Shown here in pieces: positions 10,301-18,118 of a stretch of 64,000 bases of DNA. Made by a program: the position numbers and the translations under genes. The DNA comes from a candidate division WOR-1 bacterium RIFCSPHIGHO2_01_FULL_53_15 (GTDB lineage Bacteria; Margulisbacteria; WOR-1; O2-12-FULL-45-9; XYB2-FULL-48-7), in NCBI GenBank assembly GCA_001772335.1, contig METM01000021.1, positions 57,130 through 121,129 on the forward strand, in the 5' to 3' direction. Every line of letters starts with the position of its first letter. Position 1 is the stretch's first letter. The notes beneath the pieces are model-generated. The model did no database searches, was not told where the DNA came from, and saw only the letters and a list, made by a program, of their open reading frames with translations.

Positions 10301-11351
10301 TGATATTTCTTTCTCCGGCGGTCGCGCCGCCGATGACGTTAAATAGCGCCCCGGCGGCGATATAAATTCCATTAGTTGTGTTCCCCAGATCGGCCGTGCC
10401 GTTGACATCGGTCCCGATATAATTCCCTTTCACCTCGTTGCTGTCGGTGTTTGTGTTGGCAATACAAACACCGAAATTGTTATTCCCGGAAATGATATTC
10501 CTTTCTCCGGCGGCCGCGCCGCCGATGAGGTTGTATTTCCCGCCGATGATATAAACGCCGGGAAGCGTATTGCCCAGATCGGCCGTGCCGTTGGCGTCGG
10601 TCCCGATATAATTCCCTTTCACTTCGTTGCTGTCGGTGTTTGTGCCGTAAAGATAAACACCGGAAGAATTGTTCCCGGAAATGATATTTCTTTCTCCGGC
10701 GGTCGCGCCGCCGATGAGATTGTATTTCCCGCCGGTGATATAAACGCCGTAAAGCGTATTGCCCAGATCGGCCGTGCCGTTGGCGTCGGTCCCGATATAA
10801 TTCCCTTTCACCTCGTTGCTGGCGGCGCTGGAGCCGGAAATGGTGACGCCGCTGCCGGTGACCGAGTTTATTGCCAGGCCTTTAATGGCGCAGTTTGAAA
10901 CATTATTTATATATAGGCCTCGACCCCGCAACTCAACTTCCGGTCCGTTGGCATTAGTGTTTCCCCGATTAGCTGTTTGGGTGGCGGCGTCAATTGTCGT
11001 CCCGCCATTAGTTAGCTGGGGCAGATCGGAAGTCGGCGAAATCCGCCAAAAGCTGACACTGGACTCGGTCGTATAACCTCCGTCAGTGTTTGGGACATTA
11101 AACTCAATCGTGTCTCCTCCGGCATGGGCGTTGGCGTCAGTGATCGCCTGGCGCAGCGAGCCGGCGCCGGAGTCGTTGCAGTTGATGACGGTGTAGGTGG
11201 CGGCGGAAGAGGGGAGGGCAAAAACTAAAAGGCAAAAGGCAACAATGGCGCATCTCGGGGTGAGGTGTGAGGTTTGTTTTTTTTCTTTTGAGTTTTGCGT
11301 TTTATTCAAAGATATGCCTGTACAGCCGCTCCTTGGTGAATCTCGTCCCAT
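7383..11351 (-). CDS. giant secreted right-handed beta-helix (PbH1-repeat) adhesin-like protein
   Basis: 1322 aa. It has a signal-like segment AIVAFCLLVFALPSSAA and a CSLREA-type N-terminal motif (GSLRQAITDANAHAGGDTIEF). Eight ~63-aa units follow (NEVxGNYIGTDxNGTADLGNT..GGATAGERNIISGN.SSG). Then come Ig/Fn3-like domains, including a duplicated one, a Thr17 linker and a ~105-aa C-terminal domain. The stop overlaps the downstream OMP start (ATGA). The true start is uncertain; TTG 11309 is possible. Confidence 0.8.
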   Translation of the reverse strand: MGRDSPRSGCTGISLNKTQNSKEKKQTSHLTPRCAIVAFCLLVFALPSSAATYTVINCNDSGAGSLRQAITDANAHAGGDTIEFNVPNTDGGYTTESSVSFWRISPTSDLPQLTNGGTTIDAATQTANRGNTNANGPEVELRGRGLYINNVSNCAIKGLAINSVTGSGVTISGSSAASNEVKGNYIGTDANGTADLGNTLYGVYITGGKYNLIGGATAGERNIISGNNSSGVYLYGTNTDSNEVKGNYIGTDANGTADLGNTLPGVYIIGGKYNLIGGAAAGERNIISGNNNFGVCIANTNTDSNEVKGNYIGTDVNGTADLGNTTNGIYIAAGALFNVIGGATAGERNIISGNDSSGIYISNTNSNEVTGNYIGTDVNGTADLGNTLYGVYISNAAKYNLIGGATAGERNIISGNDSSGIFISGTNTDSNEVAGNYIGTDVNGTADLGNTLYGVYIYSAAKYNLIGGATAGERNIISGNNSSGIFISSANTNSNEVAGNYIGTDANGTADLGNTLHGVYIYSGAKYNLIGGATAGERNIISGNDSSGIFISGANTHSNEVAGNYIGTDVNGTADLGNTAYGVLITGGKYNLIGGATAGERNIISGNNSSGIFIYGTNTDSNEVTGNYIGTDANGTADLGNTLYGVYIYLGSRSNFVGPNNIIAGNDSDGVRVDWSGTLYNRVTRNSSYGNSGKGIKLINGGNSSLIYPSVTSAQYNSLTGQTVIQGTCEASGVVSIEVFKSESPVDSDNQGEGKDYLGTASAASGSWTITVSGLTTGDKATATATKYSSPGDTSEFALNASVTTADVTAPAVTVETPNGGEKWPGGAARNVAFSAADESGIKANSLLIKYSVNDGGSYTEIVTQETAVNSPYSWTLPPLNTTEARVQVTVLDNSINNNPGTDESNVKFTIDSTGPSAPNLITPGNASLIADATPELTWEAATDNLTNVASYEIRIDGTTAATLGAATSYPTGILAEGIRTWEVRARDEAGNWGSYSGSFTFEVDTVGPNVTGVSLRDATSGGSYSDDRLVSLEAAAISGNPSQMLISESSSFTGASWLSYQNPTTFELSGGDGTKEVYYKLRDAGLNESATVEGSIILDTGGPAAPNLVSPANGSLTSNSTPELTWEAATDNLTNVASYEIRIDGITAATLGAATSYTTGILAEGIHTWEVRARDEAGNWGSYSASFTFEIATIVPTTTTTTTTTTTTTTTTTTTLPETFTAAPPTITYSTTPGAPAVINLNFEAPIAGKIILVVYEREGTRSLMTAEYPASAGGNVYSLALTDSSGRELEAKKVYILESVFVNDKGAEVSRKVQGIYKER
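7706..7762 (-). repeat. poly-Thr linker encoded by successive blocks of synonymous trinucleotide repeats
   Basis: The plus strand reads (agt)n (ggt)5 (cgt)7 (agt)5. This encodes T17 as blocks of ACT, ACG and ACC codons. Confidence 0.9.
7797..8554 (-). repeat. near-identical internal duplication of an Fn3-like domain (7797-7990 and 8361-8554)
   Basis: Two ~195-bp cores lie 564 bp apart. Both encode PELTWEAATDNLTNVASYEIRIDG.TAATLGAATSY.TGILAEGI.TWEVRARDEAGNWGSYS.SFTFE. Confidence 0.9.
9340..10820 (-). repeat. eight tandem 186-192-bp coding repeats (beta-helix units)
   Basis: The word tcccgatata recurs at about 9461, 9649, 9842, 10034, 10226, 10412, 10601 and 10790. Confidence 0.9.
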
Positions 11352-11510
11352 AAAGAATATCAGCCAGTTCGGCCCGAGTCAAGCCGGCGTTGAGGATGAA
11401 AAGTTGGCGCTCTCGGGGCTCGCCGCGGTCAGGCTATTATTCCCGATCAAAGAATAACGCGAAGCTTGTGAGCCAGAAAATCCTGGACGCCGCGCGGAAA
11501 AGATCGCGCG
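11303..11510. repeat. segment pair S' (11303-11403) + T' (11401-11510); permuted copy of 5761-5978
   Basis: S' read on the minus strand gives ..LTRAELADILYGTRFTKERLYRHIFE*, a relic of an SLH-protein tail. T' read on the plus strand gives ..LSGLAAVRLLFPIKE*, a relic of the tail of the 4699-type gene. T' also contains the functional AbiEi 3' end. Confidence 0.85.
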
Positions 11511-12055
11511 ACCTTTTTAATCATTTTTTTGTCCAGCCCTGCCAGATCAAATTCGTCCAGCGCGGGGACGCGGCGGCGATTCTTTAAATTGACGTATAAA
11601 TAATCGAGCAGGGCCTTCTCCGGGCCCGCGCGCAGTATCCCCCGGTCATTTTCAAAATTATTGAATAAGCCGGGACGCAGATGGTGAAAAACAATCTCGC
11701 CCAGCGGCGTCTTCAGGTTTTTCAGCTTCCGCGTGGTCGCGCAGGTCAGCACCTGCGGCGCCTGCGAGATCACGCCGCGCGCTTCCAGCGCGCTCTCAAA
11801 AGAAATATAACAGGGCTTGCCGTAAAACATGGCTGTTTCTTCGAGTGAAGGCGGGGAAAATTTGTTGGCGTACGTATTTTTATAGAGCTTGATCAGGTAT
11901 CCGTTCCGACTCAGGCGCTGGACGGCTTTTAATGTCGCCGCGCGGCTCAAGCCGCTGGCGCTCTGCAATGTCCGCGGGGAGAGGATCTTCTCTCTTTCTT
12001 TACCCAGTTTTTGCAAAAGCGCCAGCCAGACGGGGAAGGTGAAATATTTTTTCAT
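11447..12055 (-). CDS. AbiEi-family (type IV TA antitoxin-like) transcriptional regulator
   Basis: 202 aa. It has an N-terminal wHTH-like region (LQSASGLSRAATLKAVQRLSRNGYLIKLYKNTYA) and a C-terminal AbiEi-type domain. It overlaps the upstream AbiEii gene by 4 nt. Confidence 0.7.
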   Translation of the reverse strand: MKKYFTFPVWLALLQKLGKEREKILSPRTLQSASGLSRAATLKAVQRLSRNGYLIKLYKNTYANKFSPPSLEETAMFYGKPCYISFESALEARGVISQAPQVLTCATTRKLKNLKTPLGEIVFHHLRPGLFNNFENDRGILRAGPEKALLDYLYVNLKNRRRVPALDEFDLAGLDKKMIKKVARSFPRGVQDFLAHKLRVIL

Positions 12056-12921
12056 AACGCGCGCAGGCCTGCTTCGATCAGCGCCCGGGCTTCTTTCAGC
12101 AGGCCGGCATAGCCGTCGGCCTCGAACAGCCGCCGATATTTTTGGGGCAAAAATCTTTCCATTTCATTTTTGATGTCTGCCGCGGAGGCGAGCGCCAGGC
12201 CGCGGGCCAGATCGCCAGGCGGGGTGGCATAATCCTTGAGCTTTTTTCTCAAAAGATCGGCGTCGAGCTTGATCCCCTGTTGTTTTAACAGCCAGAGATC
12301 GAAATAGTCGCGTCCCTTGCAGAACGGGCGGCCGGCCACGGCGCCTAATTTGTCGGCCAGAATTTCTTCTAACTTTTCCGCCCGGACCAGGGTCAGCGGC
12401 AGGCCGGGGAGCTCTTTTTGCGGCCGCAGCGGCGCGATGTTGAGAGTATAAGCGGGATAGCGGGCAAATTCCAGGCTGACAAAGAACGAGTCGTGATAAT
12501 TGGCTTTTTCATTATGAATTCGATAGCGGATGAAAGTTGGCGTGGCCTTTTGTTTCTTGACGATGAATTTTCCGCCAAAGAGCGACTCCAGCCGCGCCAG
12601 GCCTTTAGAGAGAGCATTGACGATCCGGTCAATTTGACCGTCGCCGGCGGTGGTCACAAAATCAAGGTCTTCCGAGTAGCGCGCCCCGCCATAGATCAGC
12701 CGCAAACACGTCCCGCCCTGGAATGTCAGCAGATTTGAATCCGGCAGAGAGAACAGTTCGCTTAAAATATAGATTTGCAGGGCCTCTTTTTCGAGGATCT
12801 TAACTGGAAGCCCCTCTGCTTGAGCTTTTAAGGTCAGGTCGTCGTTAAGCAAGATTTTCGTCCCCCAAACAAGACAATATTGTCCTTCTTGTAAGATGAA
12901 TAATAGCGATTGCGCTAACAA
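12052..12921 (-). CDS. nucleotidyltransferase AbiEii/AbiGii toxin family protein
   Basis: Contains the hallmark TFQGGTCLRLIYGGARYSEDLDF and the later KGRDYFDLW motif. The TTG start is uncertain. Confidence 0.8.
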   Translation of the reverse strand: MLAQSLLFILQEGQYCLVWGTKILLNDDLTLKAQAEGLPVKILEKEALQIYILSELFSLPDSNLLTFQGGTCLRLIYGGARYSEDLDFVTTAGDGQIDRIVNALSKGLARLESLFGGKFIVKKQKATPTFIRYRIHNEKANYHDSFFVSLEFARYPAYTLNIAPLRPQKELPGLPLTLVRAEKLEEILADKLGAVAGRPFCKGRDYFDLWLLKQQGIKLDADLLRKKLKDYATPPGDLARGLALASAADIKNEMERFLPQKYRRLFEADGYAGLLKEARALIEAGLRAL

Positions 12922-12953
12922 AAGTCAAGAGGTATTTCATTTTCACGCTATTT

Positions 12954-12962
12954 TGCTATAAT
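12954..12962 (+). promoter_or_regulatory. extended -10 element TGcTATAAT, 6 nt before the metG ATG (leaderless configuration)
   Basis: tgctataat gcgcgt ATG. There is no SD-like sequence. Confidence 0.5.
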
Positions 12963-12968
12963 GCGCGT

Positions 12969-14471
12969 ATGGCCGAAAAATTTTACCTGACCACGCCCCT
13001 CTACTATGTCAACGATATCCCGCATATCGGCCATGCCTACACGACGATCGCGGCCGATGTTTTGGCCCGTTATAAAAGGGCGAAAGGTTTTGACGTGCGT
13101 TTTCTGACTGGTACCGACGAGCACGGGCAGAAGGTCTGGCAGGCGGCCGAGGGGCAGAACAAGCCGGCCCAGCAGTTTGTCGACGAGATCGTTGGGCGCT
13201 TTACGGCGGCCTGGGATAAACTGAATATCAGCTACGACGATTTTATCCGCACGACAGAAAAGCGGCACGAAATTACCGTTCAGAAGATATTCAGCCAATT
13301 ATTGAAGCAGGGCGACATCTATAAGGGCGAGTATGAGGGCTGGTACTGCGTCCACTGCGAGACCTACTGGGCGGCGGGGGAGACGAACGAGGATATGGAG
13401 GGTCGAAAACTCTGCCCCACCTGCGGCCGCCCGACCGATCTATTAAAAGAGGAGACCTATTTCTTTAAACAATCCAAGTTTCATGATCGGCTGTTGAAGC
13501 ACATCGAAGCGAACCCTGATTTTATCAAGCCCGACTCCCGGCGCAACGAAATCGTTCAATTCATTAAAAAAGGACTAAAAGATCTCTCGATCACGCGCAC
13601 GGCTTTTCCCTGGGGGATCATCGTCCCCGAAGACCCCAGGCATGTCATCTATGTCTGGTTTGACGCGCTCATCAACTATATTTCGGCGCTTGGCTATTTA
13701 AGCGCCGATGACGACATGTTCAAGAAATACTGGCCGGCTGACGTCCACCTGATGGGGAAGGAGATCGTCCGTTTCCATGCCGTCACCTGGCCCTGCCTCT
13801 TGATGGCGCTGGGCCTGCCGCTGCCGAAAAAGATCTTCGGCCACGGCTGGTGGACGGTTGAAGGCAAGAAGATGAGCAAGAGCAAGGGGAATGTTGTAGA
13901 CCCGTTGGCTTTGAGTTCGGAGTACGGAGTGGATGCCGTGCGCTATTTCATCCTGCGCGAAGTGCCGTTCGGGGTTGACGGCGATTTTTCAATAAACTCG
14001 TTCATTAACCGCTACAATGCCGACCTGGCCAATGATCTGGGGAATCTGTTGAGCCGGACGCTGACGATGGTGGAGAAGTATTTTCAGGGGCAAGCGCCCA
14101 GGGTCAAGGGTCAGGCAGAGGATGGTTTAAGTAAAGAGTTGGTCAGTTTATTAGCAGAGACGCCTAAAGTGTTTGATCGGGCTATGGATGAACTCGCTTT
14201 TTCGGAGGCGCTCTCGGCGGTCTGGCACCTGATTAGCCAGGCCAATATTTATATTGAAAAGCAGGCGCCGTGGTCGCTGGCCAAGAAAGGCGAGATGGAA
14301 CGATTGGCGATCGTCATGAACACTCTATATAATGTATTGAAGCTGACCGCCGACCTGATCGCTCCCTTCATGCCCGAGACCTCGCTCCGGCTGCTGGCCC
14401 AGTTGAACACCGGCGGGGATAAGGTAGCTAAGGGCGAGGCCCTTTTCCCCCGACTGGCGAAAACCGCTTAA
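12969..14471 (+). CDS. metG: methionine--tRNA ligase
   Basis: Contains a HIGH-type motif (PHIGHAYTT), a KMSKS motif (KMSKSKGN) and a Cys-rich knuckle (CVHCETYW...CPTCGRP). Confidence 0.95.
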   Translation: MAEKFYLTTPLYYVNDIPHIGHAYTTIAADVLARYKRAKGFDVRFLTGTDEHGQKVWQAAEGQNKPAQQFVDEIVGRFTAAWDKLNISYDDFIRTTEKRHEITVQKIFSQLLKQGDIYKGEYEGWYCVHCETYWAAGETNEDMEGRKLCPTCGRPTDLLKEETYFFKQSKFHDRLLKHIEANPDFIKPDSRRNEIVQFIKKGLKDLSITRTAFPWGIIVPEDPRHVIYVWFDALINYISALGYLSADDDMFKKYWPADVHLMGKEIVRFHAVTWPCLLMALGLPLPKKIFGHGWWTVEGKKMSKSKGNVVDPLALSSEYGVDAVRYFILREVPFGVDGDFSINSFINRYNADLANDLGNLLSRTLTMVEKYFQGQAPRVKGQAEDGLSKELVSLLAETPKVFDRAMDELAFSEALSAVWHLISQANIYIEKQAPWSLAKKGEMERLAIVMNTLYNVLKLTADLIAPFMPETSLRLLAQLNTGGDKVAKGEALFPRLAKTA

Positions 14472-14540
14472 TAACTGACGAAATTTCGCCACTTTTACCC
14501 ATTTCCTCCTTTTCCAAGCGTGGTAAAAGAATTGCTGTGT

Positions 14541-14561
14541 GGTATCACAGATTGTGATACC
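14541..14561. promoter_or_regulatory. perfect 9-bp-arm palindrome upstream of the ORF6N gene
   Basis: ggtatcaca gat tgtgatacc. It is followed at 14574-14590 by ggtcgcaa t ttgcggcc. Confidence 0.4.
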
Positions 14562-14615
14562 AAGAAAGGAGATGGTCGCAATTTGCGGCCACCTTTTTAT
14601 CTAAAGGAGGGGGAA

Positions 14616-15158
14616 ATGAGTAATTTGGTAAGTGTTTCAGAAATCAAGGGGATGATCATCGAATTGAGGGGACGGAGAGTGATACTTGATAGTGATTTGG
14701 CGATTCTTTATCAGGCGCCCACTAAAAGATTAATGGAACAGGTAAAAAGAAATATTAAAAGATTTCCACCCGATTTCCTGTTTCAATTAACAAGAGAAGA
14801 ATGGCTTTTTCTGAAGTCGCAAATTGCGACTTCTGGAAGAATTCATGTTTCAAAGAAAAAGATACCATTTGTTTTTACCCGTAATGGCGCAAATATGGTT
14901 TCCGCAGTATTAAAATCTCCAATTGCGGTTGCCCGTTCTATTCAGATCATGCGAGCCTTTACGGTTTTGGAAGAGATAATGGGCAAAAATAATAAAATGA
15001 TGTTTGAAAGTCCAGTCGTCTTAAATAAGCTTTCGACTCATTCCCGCGCGATTATGCATCTATTCCAAAGAGACAAAATAAACACAAAAGAGGTCGCAAA
15101 AGTTAAAGAAATCGTTTCTGAAATGATCGAAGTACTCCAGCGAATGGTGTTGAAGTGA
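14616..15158 (+). CDS. ORF6N-domain (KilA-N-related) protein
   Basis: ATG 14616 follows AAGGAGGGGG. IELRGRRVILDSDLAILYQAPTKRLMEQVKRNIKRFPPDFLFQLTREE is the typical ORF6N pattern. Confidence 0.65.
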   Translation: MSNLVSVSEIKGMIIELRGRRVILDSDLAILYQAPTKRLMEQVKRNIKRFPPDFLFQLTREEWLFLKSQIATSGRIHVSKKKIPFVFTRNGANMVSAVLKSPIAVARSIQIMRAFTVLEEIMGKNNKMMFESPVVLNKLSTHSRAIMHLFQRDKINTKEVAKVKEIVSEMIEVLQRMVLK

Positions 15159-15159
15159 G

Positions 15160-16179
15160 ATGTTAAATAAGCGCCAAACTGCCGTCTTTTGTTCCCAACT
15201 TAAGTCATTGTTGAGCTCTGGGATGCCATTATTGGAAGCCCTTAACATTATTAAAGACCTGCCACAAAACAAAAAAAACATTGCCCAAATTGCCGGCCTG
15301 ATCGATCAAATTATTGAAGGGCAACCTCTTAGCGAAGCCGCGGCCGGTTTCCTGCCGCCGATGGCTGTTGGCTCAATCAGCGCCGCGGAGAGGGCGGGGA
15401 ACCTCGAAGAGAATCTGGGCCGGCTGGCTGAATATTATAATAGCAAGGCCGAACTCGATGAAAAACTGATCAGCGCGCTGATCTATCCGGTTTTTGTCAT
15501 GATCTTGAGCTTCGTTTCCGTTCTCGTCTTAATCGTCTTCGTTATCCCGGGCCTCAAAGGGCTCTTCAGCGATATGGACAGCTCTCTGCCGCCGATCACC
15601 GGTTTTATTCTGGGAGCGAGCGACGCTGTTTCGCGCTTCTGGTTCGTGCCGGTTGCCCTGGTGGGGTTGGGCGGATTGATTTTAAAGCGGATAAAGAAAA
15701 ATGATCCGGCCAGATTGGAAAAGATGTTATTCAAAGTTCCCTTTGCCGGCAAGCTCTACAAGCAAGAGCTCGTCATTGCGGGCTTCGGGACTCTTGGCTC
15801 GCTGCTCAAGGGCGGCACGCCCATAGTTGAAGCGCTAAATATCACGGCCAGTGCTGCCAAAAGCATGATCTTCAAAACGATCGTTCTTCACTCGAAAGAA
15901 GAGATCGAAAACGGCAATAGATTAAGTTCGGCCTTAGAAACGAAGAACTTTTTCCCTCCCGACGCGATCCAGATGCTCAAAATCGGCGAGAGTACTGGGC
16001 AGCTTGACGAGATGCTGATAAATATCGCCGATTTCCAGGCGAAGGAGCGGGAACTGTTTCTCAAACGAGTCACGACATTGATCGAGCCGGCCATGACGCT
16101 CGGCGTCGGGCTTGTGGTCGGAATAGTCGTCCTGGCGATGTTCCTGCCGCTCGTGAATATGATTTCAAGTTTGCAATAG
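15160..16179 (+). CDS. type II secretion / type IV pilus platform protein (GspF/PilC family)
   Basis: 339 aa with two T2SSF-type repeats (..GMPLLEALNII.. and ..GGTPIVEALNIT..IQMLKIGESTGQLDEML) and 3 TM segments. No cognate GspE-type ATPase is nearby. Confidence 0.8.
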   Translation: MLNKRQTAVFCSQLKSLLSSGMPLLEALNIIKDLPQNKKNIAQIAGLIDQIIEGQPLSEAAAGFLPPMAVGSISAAERAGNLEENLGRLAEYYNSKAELDEKLISALIYPVFVMILSFVSVLVLIVFVIPGLKGLFSDMDSSLPPITGFILGASDAVSRFWFVPVALVGLGGLILKRIKKNDPARLEKMLFKVPFAGKLYKQELVIAGFGTLGSLLKGGTPIVEALNITASAAKSMIFKTIVLHSKEEIENGNRLSSALETKNFFPPDAIQMLKIGESTGQLDEMLINIADFQAKERELFLKRVTTLIEPAMTLGVGLVVGIVVLAMFLPLVNMISSLQ

Positions 16180-16209
16180 TTTGGAGTATAATCAGAGGAG
16201 GTGAGAAAT

Positions 16210-16617
16210 ATGAGAAAAGGTTTTACATTAGTCGAGATTCTGGTCGTGATCGGGATCATCGGGCTCCTGGCAGTATTCCTGGTCCCCAACCTGCTCGGGG
16301 CGCGCGATCGGGCGAAAGAAACGGCGGTCAAGGGGGTCATGCACTCGGTCCAGCTTGCGATCGAGGCCTACCAGATGGAGAACAACATCTACCCGGTCGG
16401 CTCAAACATCCCGCTCGAGTCGCTCTGCAAAAATTACCTGATGGCCGGCGGCTATATCGCGGGCGTGCCCAAGAACCCGTTCACCGGCAAAGAATATGTC
16501 GACGGTGATGCGACGGGCAAGGTCATTTACGATTACAATGACGCGACCGGGGCGTATGTGCTGACGGGATACAAGAGAAATGGAATGTCGAAAGTTCTCG
16601 AGCTTACTAATTTGTAG
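16210..16617 (+). CDS. prepilin-type N-terminal cleavage/methylation domain protein (pseudopilin)
   Basis: MRKGFTLVEILVVIGIIGLLAVFLVPNL is the classic G/FTLxE class III signal peptide. Confidence 0.8.
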   Translation: MRKGFTLVEILVVIGIIGLLAVFLVPNLLGARDRAKETAVKGVMHSVQLAIEAYQMENNIYPVGSNIPLESLCKNYLMAGGYIAGVPKNPFTGKEYVDGDATGKVIYDYNDATGAYVLTGYKRNGMSKVLELTNL

Positions 16618-18118
16618 TCTGCTCTTTTCGGCAACGGTCCTTGCCGCGGGAGTCGATTCCGAGGGAGTTCTCCGCTTCAGTTTAGGCGGCGAAGTCTCGG
16701 TCTTGAACCCGATCCTCTCAACCGACAGCGTCTCCTCGGCGGTGGAGGGCTCGATCTTCAGCGGCTTAGTCACGGTCAACGAGAAGCTCGAGATGGCGCC
16801 CGATCTCGCCGAGCGCTGGGATGTTTCCCGCGACGGCAAGGTCTGGACGTTTCACCTGCGCAAGAATGTTAAATGGCATGACGGGGCGCCTTTTACAGCC
16901 GACGACGTCAAGTTCACATTCGATTCGATCTTGAACCCGAAGGTCAATTCCGTCCGCCGCAGTGATTTTATTATTGACGGCCTGCCTATCAAGTTCAGGA
17001 TCGTCGGCAAATATACACTGCAGGCGATCCTGCCCAAACCTTTCGCGCCGTTCCTTGTTAACGCGGGGATCGGCATTATCCCGAAACACCTGCTGGCCGG
17101 TAAAGATATCAACACGGCCGATTTCAATCGCCAGCCGGTCGGCACCGGGCCTTTCATCTTCAAAGAATGGCGCGCGGGCGATCATGTCACGGTTGAGCGC
17201 AATCCCGACTATTATCTGGGCAAACCTCTGCTGTCAAAGATCGTCTATAAGGAGATCCCCGACGCTAACTCGCGTCTGGTCGCCCTCGAAGCCGACGAGA
17301 TCGACGAGACCGACATCCCGCCCAAGGACTATACGAGAATGAAATCGGTTAAAGGGGTCAATATTTATGAGTATGACGTCCTGCTCTATACATATCTCGG
17401 GTTTAACTTGGCTAACCCCAAGTTCGCCGACCGCCGCGTCCGGCAGGCGCTGGCCTACGCGACCGATAAAAAGCAATTGGTCAATTTAATTTACAGGGGA
17501 CTGGCTTCGCCGGCTTTTGCGCCGTCGGCGCCGGTCTCCTGGGCTTATTCCGACGCTGTGCCGAAGTTCGATTACGATCCTGAAAAGGCAAGGCAATTGC
17601 TCAAGGAAGCGGGCAAGGAAGATCTTGAGTTCACGATTCTGATCAATCAGGGGAACAAAGAGCGGGAAAAGGCGGCGGTCATTCTTCAACAGCAATACAA
17701 AAAGATCGGCGTCAAGGTCAACATTCGTGTTTTAGAGTGGTCGGCGCTCCTCAAGATCGTCAATGCCCCCAAGGCCCCCAAGGAATTTGAGGCGGTCATT
17801 ATGGGTTGGTCGCTGGGACTCGATCCCGACGCTTACTCGATCTGGCACTCCAGCCAATATCCGCGCGGCTTCAATTTTATCAATTACAATAATCCGAAAG
17901 TCGACAAACTGCTTGAGCGGGGGAGAGAAACGATCGGCCGGAGCGAACGGAAAAAGATCTACGCAAAACTCTGGCAGGCGATCGCCGCCGACCAGCCGTA
18001 TATCTTTCTCTGGTATCCCAAAGCGGTCGTCGGCATCCGGGACCGGGTGGGGGGGCTGTCGAAGCCCGGGCCGGCCGGCATGTTCCTGCGCCTCGAAAAG
18101 GTCTTCATCAAAAAATAG
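16580..18118 (+). CDS. ABC transporter substrate-binding protein, peptide/nickel family 5
   Basis: 512 aa with a signal peptide. Typical SBP_bac_5 blocks are present (WHDGAPFTADDVKFTF, GTGPFIFKEWRAGDHV, RQALAYATDK). Confidence 0.85.
   Translation: MECRKFSSLLICSLLFSATVLAAGVDSEGVLRFSLGGEVSVLNPILSTDSVSSAVEGSIFSGLVTVNEKLEMAPDLAERWDVSRDGKVWTFHLRKNVKWHDGAPFTADDVKFTFDSILNPKVNSVRRSDFIIDGLPIKFRIVGKYTLQAILPKPFAPFLVNAGIGIIPKHLLAGKDINTADFNRQPVGTGPFIFKEWRAGDHVTVERNPDYYLGKPLLSKIVYKEIPDANSRLVALEADEIDETDIPPKDYTRMKSVKGVNIYEYDVLLYTYLGFNLANPKFADRRVRQALAYATDKKQLVNLIYRGLASPAFAPSAPVSWAYSDAVPKFDYDPEKARQLLKEAGKEDLEFTILINQGNKEREKAAVILQQQYKKIGVKVNIRVLEWSALLKIVNAPKAPKEFEAVIMGWSLGLDPDAYSIWHSSQYPRGFNFINYNNPKVDKLLERGRETIGRSERKKIYAKLWQAIAADQPYIFLWYPKAVVGIRDRVGGLSKPGPAGMFLRLEKVFIKK

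Noticed and set aside
9479-10346. 247-aa (minus strand, other frame) and 221-aa (plus strand) ORFs inside the adhesin repeat array.
   Set aside because: They are periodic by-products of the 189-bp coding repeats. The adhesin frame gives a coherent beta-helix repeat protein across the whole region.
11197-11457. 86-aa plus-strand ORF ending in LLFPIKE, and the similar 84-aa minus-strand ORF at 5623-5877.
   Set aside because: Both read across the gene-tail relics described in the findings. They are chimeric frames and not independent genes.
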